This document shows positions 1 through 9,392 of a DNA stretch of 64,000 bases, one piece after another (within the stretch, counting starts at the first letter, position 1; each line of letters opens with the position of its first letter). Source of the DNA: Halobacteriales archaeon (GTDB lineage: Archaea; Halobacteriota; Halobacteria; Halobacteriales; Hikarchaeaceae); assembly GCA_022450005.1 (NCBI GenBank), contig JAKURE010000001.1:24220-88219 (forward strand), given 5' to 3'. Both the position numbers and the translations under genes were made by a program. The notes below the pieces were generated by a model. The model was not told the origin of the DNA. It saw nothing but the letters and a program-made list of their open reading frames with translations, and searched no databases.

Positions 1-45
1 ATTCCACTACCCTTGATTATCTCTCAGAATTAGTCAACTTCGCCG

Positions 46-1128
46 TCACTCGGTCGTATTAGTTCCTCTCTTGGCCTCTATAACTGAAAATATTAATGTG
101 CTTGAAAACCCGATAATGGTCCCCATTACCAATACCATGGCCAAGAATTCCCGCGTTACTGCTTGTATTACATACCCACTAGTTGCATAGAGAACCCCCA
201 TTATTGAAATAACATAAATCGGGGCATTCAGATATCTTAATTTCATTCTTCCATTTAAATATTCATCTGTTATGTGACCTAAACTCAAAATAATTCCTGC
301 AGAACCAAACCATTGCACCCCTCCAAAAATAAAAATAGCAATCGTACTGATCACACTCCCATCTAGACTTGAACCACCTCTTATTTCTTCTATTAAATAA
401 ACCCCCTCTATACCTCCTATGACAATTATTATTGCAGAAACCACATATGCAACCAACACGACCCTACCTGTGTACAAATCCCGTTTCGTATTCTCTATCG
501 CTTGGCGAATTGAATCCTTAAGACCCAGCCCCTTGTATAGGACATAAATCCCCATTATTGCAACACCTATGCCTAAAATCGAATTACTTCCTACTGCATT
601 TTGAAAGATAATGGTCATCGGATATATCAACAACAAAATACCAAGCGGTAATAACAAAGTACCTCTTGTTTCTGGGTCTCTTATAAATTGCTTTATAGTG
701 TAATACGCAGATTCAAGCCCTTCTGCCTGGCGGACTACAACTCTATGCACTCCACTAATTTCTACTCTCGACCGAATTATGGGCAGGATACTTTCATCTT
801 GCGCCCCATCCGTTACAACCACCGTCCTCACCTTTTCTCCAGAAAACATTCTGTTAAGAACTTCTTCAGTCTCCGCCCCAACTTTTCTCCCAGCAGCCAT
901 ATCTCCTCTAGCACTCCCTGTTACCACTGCTATTTCAACCGGATCTGGTAGTGTTTTTTCATAAAGTTGCAAACCCTGAAACATAACGTTCCCATCCGAA
1001 TCTGTAGGATCTGCTATAGCAAGAGCTAGTGCGGCACTCTCTACCGCCTGTCTTCCAATAACTGGGGTTTTAATCCCAGTTTTCCTACCAAGATCATCAT
1101 CTAGGTCGACACATAGGATTAATAACAT
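46..1128 (-). CDS. DUF373-family integral membrane protein
   Basis: From ATG 1128 the N-terminus reads MLLILCVDLDDDLGRKTG. A soluble domain follows, then about 7 hydrophobic C-terminal helices, the pattern I associate with archaeal DUF373 proteins. The longest ORF start (1206) would abut the divergent ORF, so the internal ATG is preferred. Confidence 0.6.
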   Translation of the reverse strand: MLLILCVDLDDDLGRKTGIKTPVIGRQAVESAALALAIADPTDSDGNVMFQGLQLYEKTLPDPVEIAVVTGSARGDMAAGRKVGAETEEVLNRMFSGEKVRTVVVTDGAQDESILPIIRSRVEISGVHRVVVRQAEGLESAYYTIKQFIRDPETRGTLLLPLGILLLIYPMTIIFQNAVGSNSILGIGVAIMGIYVLYKGLGLKDSIRQAIENTKRDLYTGRVVLVAYVVSAIIIVIGGIEGVYLIEEIRGGSSLDGSVISTIAIFIFGGVQWFGSAGIILSLGHITDEYLNGRMKLRYLNAPIYVISIMGVLYATSGYVIQAVTREFLAMVLVMGTIIGFSSTLIFSVIEAKRGTNTTE

Positions 1129-1294
1129 AATTGCGTAGTCGATCCCAGAGGGGTTACGCTTTTGGGAACGTAAGCGTTTAGGCAGCAGAATAACTAAATC
1201 CCGCATGCCGAATTGTCCTATAGAGGCCGAATGCCCCAGTTTCTCTGAACGGTTCCAAGGTCTAGGATGTCAGTTTTATGCCAATCGGAGTGGG

Positions 1295-1642
1295 ATGGAA
1301 TGGTGTAATCATTACAGTCTCCCAATTCGAGAACTAAAACAACAACCTGTTAAAATTGGTGAAGAAGTTATCGTCATCGTCACTGATATTCATGAAAGTG
1401 GAGCGGGGGTTGGCCATACTGAAGATGGTTTTGTTATTTTCGTTGATGGTGTCTTACCCGACGCAAGATCTCTAGTAAAAATAACTAGTTTGAAATCCAA
1501 TCACGCCCGAGCAGAGGAGATCGAGCGCTTACCCTTGATTGAAGAAGATGAAGAATCCACCTCTCCCGAAGATCCTCCTGCAAAACCCGTCCGAACCTCT
1601 CGGCAAAATCTTGGCAGCCGAGAGGATTTTTGGGGATCTTAA
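1295..1642 (+). CDS. TRAM (OB-fold) domain protein with acidic C-terminal tail
   Basis: The core VKIGEEVIVIVTDIHESGAGVGHTEDGFVIFVDGVLPDARSLVKITSLKSNHARAEEI matches the small archaeal TRAM-domain pattern. The start is moved to ATG 1295 because ATG 1205 overlaps the divergent gene start. Confidence 0.6.
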   Translation: MEWCNHYSLPIRELKQQPVKIGEEVIVIVTDIHESGAGVGHTEDGFVIFVDGVLPDARSLVKITSLKSNHARAEEIERLPLIEEDEESTSPEDPPAKPVRTSRQNLGSREDFWGS

Positions 1643-1730
1643 CTACTATCATTTCACTTTCACCCCACTTGGAAAGTATTATTAAACTCTCACACAAAGA
1701 TTACAGTATCTCCTATTAAAAAACGCGGAG

Positions 1731-2669
1731 ATGGTGATAAATATGATTGATTTACGTAAGAAAGCGGAAGAATTACATGACAGACATTCAGACACATTTC
1801 AAATTGAGGTAGATGAAATAGAATCTCAATTACGCACTCTCGTGGAAGGCTATAGCGTTCCTCTAGAAGAGGCTATCCGAAGTGTTGTAAATAGAAACGC
1901 ACCCGAATACAAAAGTTCTACGACGGCAACAGATAAATCCAATTCTCAGATTAAAATCGGAGACATTAATTCATCTGGACAGTGGATAGATCTTCAAATC
2001 AAAATAGTCGATCTTTGGGACCCAACTAGTGATTCTATTGATCAAGTTGGTCTAGCCGGAGATGAAACTGGAACGATTAAATTTACAAAGTGGTCTAAAT
2101 CCAATCTCCCAACCCTTGAGGCAAATGGGAATTATCTTCTAAAAAATGTCGTAACTGATGAATGGGGCGGTAGATTTTCTATAAAACTCAACCGAACAAC
2201 GATAATAGAACCATTGGACCAAGACATTGAAATCGGAGATGGTTCCACTTCAATTGAAGGGGCACTTGTAGACATCCAATCTGGAAGTGGGCTTATCAAA
2301 CGATGCACAGTTGATTCTTGCACACGTGTCCTTCAGAATGGCGCTTGCGCAGAACACGGAGAAGTAGACGGAAAATATGATTTACGTCTAAAAGGGGTGA
2401 TAGACGATGGAATCAATGTATTTGAAGTTATACTCAATGAACAAACCACTGAGTTTCTCACCGGAATAAACCTCTCCGATGCCGAGGCAATGGCAACAGA
2501 GGCTGTTGACACTGGCGTAGTTCTTACAAAAATGCGCAATATGCTTCTCGGAAAATATTATAAAATCCAGGGATCGAAATTTAGTAGATACTTAATAGCA
2601 AATGAAGCACAACTTCTATCTGATCCAATTGATACGGATTCAATTTTGATTCAAGCGAGGTCGATCTAA
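1731..2669 (+). CDS. rpa: Replication protein A (ssDNA-binding, OB folds plus zinc finger)
   Basis: OB-fold-like repeats and a Cys/His zinc-finger segment (CTVDSCTRVLQNGACAEHG), as in euryarchaeal RPA. The stop overlaps the next start (TAATG). An alternative leaderless start at ATG 1743 lies about 26 nt downstream of a TATTAAAAA box (1714-1722). Confidence 0.75.
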   Translation: MVINMIDLRKKAEELHDRHSDTFQIEVDEIESQLRTLVEGYSVPLEEAIRSVVNRNAPEYKSSTTATDKSNSQIKIGDINSSGQWIDLQIKIVDLWDPTSDSIDQVGLAGDETGTIKFTKWSKSNLPTLEANGNYLLKNVVTDEWGGRFSIKLNRTTIIEPLDQDIEIGDGSTSIEGALVDIQSGSGLIKRCTVDSCTRVLQNGACAEHGEVDGKYDLRLKGVIDDGINVFEVILNEQTTEFLTGINLSDAEAMATEAVDTGVVLTKMRNMLLGKYYKIQGSKFSRYLIANEAQLLSDPIDTDSILIQARSI

Positions 2670-3241
2670 TGAGTGTTTCTATTTCTCGTGAAGTTGCCCG
2701 TAGGGTTTTTGCAAGTGAATTTAATATAGCCACTCACACTTTCAAAGAATCCGACGACGAACGCGCTCCAAATTATATTTTACTTCCAACAGGAATACAC
2801 GCAAACCGTGTTTTCATTGTCGGTACACTAACTCAACTAGACAATATAGGGAATGATTCCGAGTGGTGGCATGGTAGGATCTCTGATCCCACTGGAATAT
2901 TCCATATCTACTCTGGCCAGTATCAACCAAACTCTACAAGTGTCCTCAGAAAACTAGATCCTCCCGCCTATGTTGCTGTAACCGGAAAACCTAACATCTA
3001 TTCTCGAGATGATGAGGGGCTAAGTATATCTATTAGGCCCGAATCTGTAACTGAAGTAGATTCCTTAACTAGAGACCGTTGGGTTGCCGAAACAGCAATA
3101 CAAACTCTGGAACGCATATCCTCTTTCAAAGAAAATCCCACTCAATATGTAGAAGATGCAAAAAAGCACTACGGAGAAGATCCAACGATACATCACGACA
3201 CCGCTTTATTGGCACTAGAAAGTTTGATGGAGCCTTTGTAG
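2669..3241 (+). CDS. rpap: Rpa-associated protein (RPA32-like OB-fold partner)
   Basis: 190-aa protein translationally coupled to rpa. The sequence (NYILLPTGIHANRVFIVGTL...) and the operon arrangement match the haloarchaeal rpa-rpap pairs. Confidence 0.65.
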   Translation: MSVSISREVARRVFASEFNIATHTFKESDDERAPNYILLPTGIHANRVFIVGTLTQLDNIGNDSEWWHGRISDPTGIFHIYSGQYQPNSTSVLRKLDPPAYVAVTGKPNIYSRDDEGLSISIRPESVTEVDSLTRDRWVAETAIQTLERISSFKENPTQYVEDAKKHYGEDPTIHHDTALLALESLMEPL

Positions 3242-3294
3242 CTGCCCATAGTCTGACGAACAATTAAATAGTTGGAGGCCCAGTCTCACCCACT

Positions 3295-3690
3295 ATGAGG
3301 AAAACAAACAAAAACAAGACCATATCTTTCCGTGTCAATGAACAGACGTTTGAGTCTCTTCAACACATTGCGAAAGAAAATGGAATGTCCCTGTCTACGG
3401 TTTTCCGTGATTACGTTAGAATGTTCGTAGAACGAAGAGGTCAGGTTAGGGTAGTTCCTGAAGATCCTCTGACAGATTCCGACGCCGGATTCCCCCCTAG
3501 GATTGAGGTCCCAACAAGTTTCCTCCGTGACCACGAACGCCTAGAGTTGGAAGCAGGTCATTTACGAGAACAACTTGCAGAGTACAAGAGATACATATCT
3601 GCTCTCCGAGAGCGAGAATCAGAATCCGAGGTGATTTTTCTCGAAGATTTAGATGCAGAAAATGATGCCATTGATTCTTGGAATATCTGA
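3295..3690 (+). CDS. Ribbon-helix-helix (CopG-like) DNA-binding protein
   Basis: The N-terminus KTISFRVNEQTFESLQHIAKENGMSLSTVFRDYVRMFVE fits a beta-strand plus two-helix RHH pattern. The C-terminal tail is acidic and coiled. Confidence 0.5.
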   Translation: MRKTNKNKTISFRVNEQTFESLQHIAKENGMSLSTVFRDYVRMFVERRGQVRVVPEDPLTDSDAGFPPRIEVPTSFLRDHERLELEAGHLREQLAEYKRYISALRERESESEVIFLEDLDAENDAIDSWNI

Positions 3691-3694
3691 ATTT

Positions 3695-4216
3695 TTATAT
3701 CAGTAATTTTTTCTCTGTTCTGGCATTTTCTCCCATTTCTTGATTTCCCTCTGCCTCCGCAATAGCTTCTAAAACCTCCAATGTCCTAATAGAATCATCT
3801 AAGAACGAAACAACATCTGCGGGATATGAATATACCATGTAATCTTTTCCCATTCTATCTACAATTTCTTCTGGAGATTTTCCCTCTTTCCTCACTTTAA
3901 GCACATATTCCATAAACTTCTTTTCTGGATGCTCGCAATATGGATTTGACTCACAACCACAATCTAAAAAATCTTTTGCAAATGCGTATATGTACCCACG
4001 AAATGATTCATCTATTTTTTCAATTTCTCCTGTAAAAAGAAGATCGAGAGTAGCGCCACTAAACACTTTTTTTGGTATTCTAACACCCAACTGTGCACAT
4101 ATCTGCGAGTGATTCTTGAGATAAATTCGTTCTGTAATCGACACTTCTATTATTTCACCGTTCCCTGTGTTAATAAAATCTCCTTCAGAATCAGAATGTA
4201 TTTCCACTATGATCAA
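3695..4216 (-). CDS. Conserved-looking hypothetical protein with a Cys/His cluster
   Basis: Clean 173-aa ORF containing DCGCESNPYCEHPEKKF. I cannot assign a family. Confidence 0.45.
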   Translation of the reverse strand: MIIVEIHSDSEGDFINTGNGEIIEVSITERIYLKNHSQICAQLGVRIPKKVFSGATLDLLFTGEIEKIDESFRGYIYAFAKDFLDCGCESNPYCEHPEKKFMEYVLKVRKEGKSPEEIVDRMGKDYMVYSYPADVVSFLDDSIRTLEVLEAIAEAEGNQEMGENARTEKKLLI

Positions 4217-4230
4217 GTACTCTGACTCGT

Positions 4231-4303
4231 GTCCGGGTTAGGGTAGTGGTTATCCTTCCGGCTTGTGGAGCCCGAGACGCGGGTTCAATTCTCGCACCCG
4301 GAC
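4231..4303 (+). tRNA. tRNA-His (anticodon GUG), genome-encoded G-1, no encoded CCA
   Basis: Hand-folded cloverleaf. Acceptor stem TCCGGGT/ACCCGGA, with an extra 5' G (4231) opposite discriminator C (4303). D-loop has A14, GG and A21. Anticodon loop is TTGTGGA with GTG at 4265-4267. T-arm is GCGGG-TTCAATT-CTCGC. There is one C-C mismatch in the anticodon stem. Confidence 0.85.
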
Positions 4304-4379
4304 TTATTTTACCCATTCAACTATTCAAGTCAACCTTGTACCTAGATAACTAGTATCTATGTGATTTTTTTAACAAGGG

Positions 4380-4386
4380 TTTAAAT
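4380..4386 (+). promoter_or_regulatory. TATA-like box upstream of glyA
   Basis: TTTAAAT is centred about 29 nt upstream of ATG 4412, with no SD-like motif. This is consistent with a leaderless transcript. Confidence 0.4.
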
Positions 4387-4411
4387 TCAATCACACCTTC
4401 AAACAAACCCA

Positions 4412-5659
4412 ATGGACCAACCAAATATTCGTGCATCAGATCCTATTGTTGCAGAACTATTAGAACTAGAACTAAAACGTCAACGGAATACATTATCAAT
4501 GATAGCTAGTGAAAACCACGTTTCACAAGCTGTCTTAGAAGCCCAAGGGTGCATCCTTACAAATAAATATGCAGAAGGATACCCTGGATCTAGATATTAT
4601 GGTGGATGTGAATATGTTGATCAAATAGAACAATTAGCCATCGACCGCGCCAAAAAAATCTGGAATGCCGAACACGTCAACGTACAACCCCATTCTGGGA
4701 CTCAGGCAAACATGGGTGTCTATTTCGCTGTACTAAAACCCGGGGATAAAGTTTTATCTATGTCTTTGACACATGGTGGTCATCTTAGCCATGGTCACCC
4801 TGCGAACTTTTCCGGACGTTTCTACGACATTCAACATTATGAAGTAGACCCTTCAACAGGTTATATCGACCATGATTCTGTGGAAAAAATTGCGAAAAGT
4901 TTCAAACCCGATATAATCGTATCTGGATTTTCTGCTTATCCTCGAATTGTTGAATGGGATCGATTTCAAGAAATAGCGCATGATGTTGGTGCCTATCACT
5001 TAGCAGACATGGCTCACATAACTGGACTCATTGCAGGAGGGCAACACCCCTCTCCCGTAAACCACGCAGATTTTGTAACTGGATCAACTCATAAAACTAT
5101 CCGTTCGGGCCGCGGAGGAATCATATTGTGCAATGATGAATATGCCTCTAAAATAGATTCTGCAGTCATGCCCGGTATGCAAGGAGGGCCACTTTTACAT
5201 AACCTAGTAGGGAAAGCGGTTGGTTTTGAAGAGGCCCTCACCCCCGAATTTTCTAACTACGCCGCCCAAACAGTCAAAAACGCACAAGCTCTCGGGAAGT
5301 CGCTCCAAGATGGTGGATTAAAATTAGTTTCCGATGGAACTGATACCCATTTAGTTTTGGTCGATTTACGACATTCCCATCCCGATTCTACTGGGAAAGA
5401 AGTTCAAAATAATCTAGAATCTGTCAATATAGTCCTCAATGCAAACACAGTTCCTGGGGAAACTAGATCTCCTTTCTTAGCTAGTGGCATTCGGGCCGGA
5501 ACTCCCGCATTGACCACTCGTGGTTTCACAGAAGAAGATTGCATGGCTATCGGAAATCTCATTGTTCAGATGATCAACAACCCAAACGACACTTCTACAC
5601 AACTTTCTGTTTCAAAAGAAGTTGAATCACTTTGTAAAAACCATCCTCTATATTCTTAA
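4412..5659 (+). CDS. glyA: Serine hydroxymethyltransferase
   Basis: Full-length match to the SHMT pattern: SMIASENHVSQAVLEAQGCILTNKYAEGYPGSRYYGGCE and the PLP-lysine region TGSTHKTIRSGRGG. Confidence 0.95.
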   Translation: MDQPNIRASDPIVAELLELELKRQRNTLSMIASENHVSQAVLEAQGCILTNKYAEGYPGSRYYGGCEYVDQIEQLAIDRAKKIWNAEHVNVQPHSGTQANMGVYFAVLKPGDKVLSMSLTHGGHLSHGHPANFSGRFYDIQHYEVDPSTGYIDHDSVEKIAKSFKPDIIVSGFSAYPRIVEWDRFQEIAHDVGAYHLADMAHITGLIAGGQHPSPVNHADFVTGSTHKTIRSGRGGIILCNDEYASKIDSAVMPGMQGGPLLHNLVGKAVGFEEALTPEFSNYAAQTVKNAQALGKSLQDGGLKLVSDGTDTHLVLVDLRHSHPDSTGKEVQNNLESVNIVLNANTVPGETRSPFLASGIRAGTPALTTRGFTEEDCMAIGNLIVQMINNPNDTSTQLSVSKEVESLCKNHPLYS

Positions 5660-5730
5660 TATTTGGTTTACACTTTGCTATCTTGTAGCAAATCCAAGGT
5701 TTGAAGAGCATCCGTGTCAAATCTTCTTCA

Positions 5731-6615
5731 ATGGTCCATATTATTGATGGAAATGCGGTTGCTGCTCTGATACGAGAAGATCTTAAAACTCAAATTACCA
5801 CCTTACAAAATTCCGGAGTTACTCCTGGATTAGCCACTGTTTTAATGAGTGATGATCCTGCAAGTAAAACCTATGTTTCCATGAAACAACGTGATTGTGA
5901 AGAGCTAGGGATGAATGCCACTGATATTGTTCTCGATCCCACTTCTTCTTCTGAGGAACTTTTTTCGGTTCTCGATAAATTAAATTCTGATTCTGATGTA
6001 CATGGCTATCTAGTCCAAATGCCCTTGCCTTCTCACATCCCCGAACAAGAACTTCTTTTTCACCTCGATCCGATGAAAGACGTAGATGGATTCCACCCCG
6101 AGAATGTTGGCCTCCTCGTTTCCGGAAACCCCCGATATAAACCCTGTACCCCTCATGGGATACAAAAATTACTTGAGTCCATTAATGTAGATCCATCCGG
6201 AAAAGACATAGTCGTCGTAGGAAGATCAAATATTGTTGGAAAACCTCTAGCAAATTTATTATTACAGAAATCACCTGGTGGAAATGCAACCGTGACAATT
6301 TGCCATTCTCGAACACGCGATTTGGCGAATAAAACCCGAGAAGCAGATATCATCATTACCGCGCTTGGAGTGCCCGAATTTATCACCGGATCTATGGTAT
6401 CTGATGGTGTAATTGTCATCGATGTTGGTGTCAATCGAGTAGAAGATGATAGTGAAAAAGGATATCACTTGGCAGGAGATGTTGAATTTGATAGTGTGAG
6501 CAAAAAAGCCAAAGCCATTACTCCAGTCCCCGGAGGCGTAGGCCCCATGACTCGCGCAATGCTCATGTACAACACAGTTCAAGCGGCAAGTTTGCAATCC
6601 AATATATCTTTATAG
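5731..6615 (+). CDS. folD: Bifunctional methylene-THF dehydrogenase / methenyl-THF cyclohydrolase
   Basis: Typical FolD sequence (PGLATVLMSDDPASKTYVSMKQRDCEELG, VVGRSNIVGKPLANLL, PVPGGVGPMT). The ORF-track start at 5701 is a TTG, and ATG 5731 (MVHIIDG) fits FolD N-termini. Confidence 0.93.
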   Translation: MVHIIDGNAVAALIREDLKTQITTLQNSGVTPGLATVLMSDDPASKTYVSMKQRDCEELGMNATDIVLDPTSSSEELFSVLDKLNSDSDVHGYLVQMPLPSHIPEQELLFHLDPMKDVDGFHPENVGLLVSGNPRYKPCTPHGIQKLLESINVDPSGKDIVVVGRSNIVGKPLANLLLQKSPGGNATVTICHSRTRDLANKTREADIIITALGVPEFITGSMVSDGVIVIDVGVNRVEDDSEKGYHLAGDVEFDSVSKKAKAITPVPGGVGPMTRAMLMYNTVQAASLQSNISL

Positions 6616-6616
6616 T

Positions 6617-7732
6617 TCAATTTTTCTTCTTCTTACTCGTTCCTTTTTTCTTAGATTCAACTCCTCCCTTTCGACCATCCCCCATGATTTCTGGAAGTAT
6701 CACTTCTCCAAAATGCAAAATAAGTATACAAAGCATTGGGCCCAAAAATATACCGTACCAACCAAATATTAATGATCCAAATATGTAAGAAAACATGATC
6801 ATTCCTACATGCAAATTCTTCCCCGAAACATACGGGCGAATAATTAAATCTGGGATGCAATCTACAACTACAAACGATGCTATCAAAAACACAATTGGAA
6901 GCATCAACGAATTTTGACCCCCAGAAAGAAATCCTTGCAGTAACAAATACAATGTCGTTGGAATGTAGATTATTTTCATACCCACTATCGGAACCAAACT
7001 TGCCACTCCTGCGAGTATTCCTAGAACTGCTGGGTACGGAATTTGAGTGTAACTGTCTCCCAACCAAATTGAGATGACAGTGTATACTATTACTCCTATG
7101 GCTGCAGTTATCAATACGCTCAATATATTTCCCACAAAAACTTGGTGAAAACTCCGATCAACTTTGGTGGCATATTTCTCGAAGATCCCTCTATCATCTG
7201 CAAAATTTTTCATAACCCATTGAGATAAACCTGGCCCCCCCGTCAGAAGGTAGAATGCAATAGATAGTGCCAAAAACATATGAAGTACCACACCACCTAT
7301 TATTGCCATGTAAGATGCTATTCTATCTACGCTCTCCACTATTGCATCTATAACCCCTCCTGAAAACACCTGTTCAATTGGAGTAGACATGGCAGATATC
7401 TCTGCATATGGCCCCAAATATTGGGCCAAAGTTTCAAGTTGATACTGATTAATTAATTTACCAAATTCTTGAATTCCAATAGAAAGTGTATATCCTATAA
7501 CTAATAAGATTGGAAGTGCCACCACCACCAAAGCAGCAAATGCAGCCAAACCTGAGGATTTTATATCTTGATTTAATCTGGAGTATACGGGTTTCGATAT
7601 ATAGTAAATAAACAAACCCACGACGAATGTACCTATGAATTCATACACGACGAAAGCTAGTACAAATGCTAAAACCAACCCCAAAATCCACAACATTATT
7701 CGCGACACGTTAGTTTCATTTCTAGCTACCAT
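6617..7732 (-). CDS. AI-2E (PerM/UPF0118) family transporter
   Basis: Polytopic membrane protein with the C-terminal segment DLIIRPYVSGKNLHVGMIMFSYIFGSLIFGWYGIFLGP typical of the AI-2E family, followed by a lysine-rich tail. Confidence 0.7.
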   Translation of the reverse strand: MVARNETNVSRIMLWILGLVLAFVLAFVVYEFIGTFVVGLFIYYISKPVYSRLNQDIKSSGLAAFAALVVVALPILLVIGYTLSIGIQEFGKLINQYQLETLAQYLGPYAEISAMSTPIEQVFSGGVIDAIVESVDRIASYMAIIGGVVLHMFLALSIAFYLLTGGPGLSQWVMKNFADDRGIFEKYATKVDRSFHQVFVGNILSVLITAAIGVIVYTVISIWLGDSYTQIPYPAVLGILAGVASLVPIVGMKIIYIPTTLYLLLQGFLSGGQNSLMLPIVFLIASFVVVDCIPDLIIRPYVSGKNLHVGMIMFSYIFGSLIFGWYGIFLGPMLCILILHFGEVILPEIMGDGRKGGVESKKKGTSKKKKN

Positions 7733-7835
7733 GTCATCAAAACCTTACCCCCAACGAAAAAGTTTTCGCCATTTCCTGTTAAAATTTCATTTTCTAACCG
7801 TTACAACTAATTTCTATCGTATCCACCCTCTTAAC

Positions 7836-8759
7836 ATGCCAAAATATGATGATATTCTGCATAATTTCATCAATATTGATCTATCACTTGTTCAGGACAA
7901 TTTAATTGAATGGTATCAACTACATCACCGTAAATTTCCTTGGAGAGAAACTACAGATGCATATCCGATACTTGTATCCGAAGTCATGAGCCAACAAACT
8001 CAACTTACTCGAGTGGTCACCGCTTGGGAAGAATTTTTATCAATATGGCCTTCCATCGAGTCGTTAGCAAATTCCCATCTATCCGATGTATTGAAATTTT
8101 GGACTACACACCGCTTAGGCTACAATCGCAGAGCCCGTTTTCTCAGAGAAACTGCAATTGAGATAGTTCACAATTTCAACGGTGAAATCCCCAACTCTCT
8201 AGATTCGCTACAAAAACTCCCTGGAATTGGTCCTTACACCGCAAATGCAATTGCTAGTTTTGCATTCAATAATGGGGGACCTACCCTTGATACTAATGTA
8301 AAACGTGTTATCTATCGCTTTTTTGGACCCTTCGAAAATCTCTCTGATATAGAACAAGTAGCCAATCAAATCATGCCCCCAAACCATTCTCGAATATGGA
8401 ACAATGCCATGATGGAATTGGGGGCTACTATTTGCAAACCAAATCCCTTATGCGATCTACAAGCGTGCCCTTGGAGAACTCATTGCAATGCATATTCTAA
8501 CCAAGAATTTTCCATACCACTCTCACCCAGTCCCCCAAGTTTCAAAGGGAGCACTAGACAAATCCGAGGGGAAATTATCAATATTTTGTCTAAAACAGAC
8601 GTTCTCTCCATCTCCGACCTAGATTCTAAACTTACTTCTTCAATGCCCCCTGAGTATAACTCCGATTTATTGCCAAAACTCCTTCACACTCTTGAATCCG
8701 AAGGCCTAATCCAGATCAACAAACTGAAAGAACCACCTACTGTTCAACTTCATCCATAA
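7836..8759 (+). CDS. mutY: A/G-specific adenine glycosylase (MutY-like HhH-GPD family)
   Basis: FPWRETTDAYPILVSEVMSQQTQLTRV, an HhH motif LPGIGPYTANAI, DTNVKRV, and a C-terminal Cys cluster (CKPNPLCDLQACPWRTHC). The start is set at ATG 7836 because the upstream 67 codons overlap the AI-2E gene. Confidence 0.8.
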   Translation: MPKYDDILHNFINIDLSLVQDNLIEWYQLHHRKFPWRETTDAYPILVSEVMSQQTQLTRVVTAWEEFLSIWPSIESLANSHLSDVLKFWTTHRLGYNRRARFLRETAIEIVHNFNGEIPNSLDSLQKLPGIGPYTANAIASFAFNNGGPTLDTNVKRVIYRFFGPFENLSDIEQVANQIMPPNHSRIWNNAMMELGATICKPNPLCDLQACPWRTHCNAYSNQEFSIPLSPSPPSFKGSTRQIRGEIINILSKTDVLSISDLDSKLTSSMPPEYNSDLLPKLLHTLESEGLIQINKLKEPPTVQLHP

Positions 8760-9384
8760 TCTGCACAACTTTGGCTTTTATTAGTGGTTCTGCGTTTTCC
8801 TTCGGAAGGGAAATTATTTCGCCTTCTTTAAGATTATATGTGTTCCCATCAACTCCATAAATTTCTCCTACCTCTTGCACAACCTTGATTGTAATGTTGG
8901 ACGCTTCCACATCCTCCGCCTGATCCATATTCTTTTGAGGCGGTTTCTGTTCATTTATTTGGTTTGTTTCCACCTCCTGTTGAGTGTGTCCTCTCTCTTC
9001 TGAAGATACACGCTGTAAAATCTCATTTCTATTATTTTGCAATAACTCAACTAGATCTCTAAACAATTCAACTTCCTCTCCTGCCAAACTCCCATCTCTC
9101 TCCCCCAATCCTGCAGCTGTCAGGCTAGCCCCTTTGAGAATTTTACCAACCCTACGGTCATATATGGCTTCTACCACTCCCACTACTGTTTTAATTTCAT
9201 CGTCTATCCGACGAATCGTTTTCGCGCCCACAGCATCAACATCCCCTTGTAACATATTTTCCTTCTCAACTCGAAGGTTTTGTAGATATTCTGATACATC
9301 AACATAAAACGAATCTAACAATGGTTGTAGATCACTTCTAGTTCTTTCCTCAATTTGAATCTCTCTCAGATCTTCTAAATTCAT
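8737..9384 (-). CDS. GINS complex subunit (Gins51/Sld5-like)
   Basis: The N-terminal helical pattern (LREIQIEERTRSDLQPLLDSFYVDVSEYL) and small C-terminal beta domain resemble archaeal GINS. It sits immediately upstream of priS, a known conserved gins-priS linkage. Confidence 0.5.
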   Translation of the reverse strand: MNLEDLREIQIEERTRSDLQPLLDSFYVDVSEYLQNLRVEKENMLQGDVDAVGAKTIRRIDDEIKTVVGVVEAIYDRRVGKILKGASLTAAGLGERDGSLAGEEVELFRDLVELLQNNRNEILQRVSSEERGHTQQEVETNQINEQKPPQKNMDQAEDVEASNITIKVVQEVGEIYGVDGNTYNLKEGEIISLPKENAEPLIKAKVVQIMDEVEQ

Positions 9385-9392
9385 TGTAATAG

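Noticed and set aside
1205-1294. ATG 1205 as the start of the TRAM protein, and 1206 as the start of the DUF373 protein.
   Set aside because: Two divergent genes would then share start-codon bases and leave no promoter space. Internal ATGs (1295 and 1128) give family-typical N-termini and a 166-bp divergent spacer.
4200-4420. Looked for integrase genes, att-like repeats or an island boundary next to tRNA-His. The same check was done next to tRNA-Leu (24208-24292).
   Set aside because: Both tRNAs are flanked by ordinary housekeeping genes (glyA; tbp and larC). I found no integrase, no direct repeat of the tRNA 3' end, and no compositional break.
7635-7835. 67-codon N-terminal extension of the MutY-like ORF.
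   Set aside because: It overlaps the AI-2E transporter gene on the other strand and has no glycosylase-like sequence. The conserved MutY region begins just after ATG 7836.
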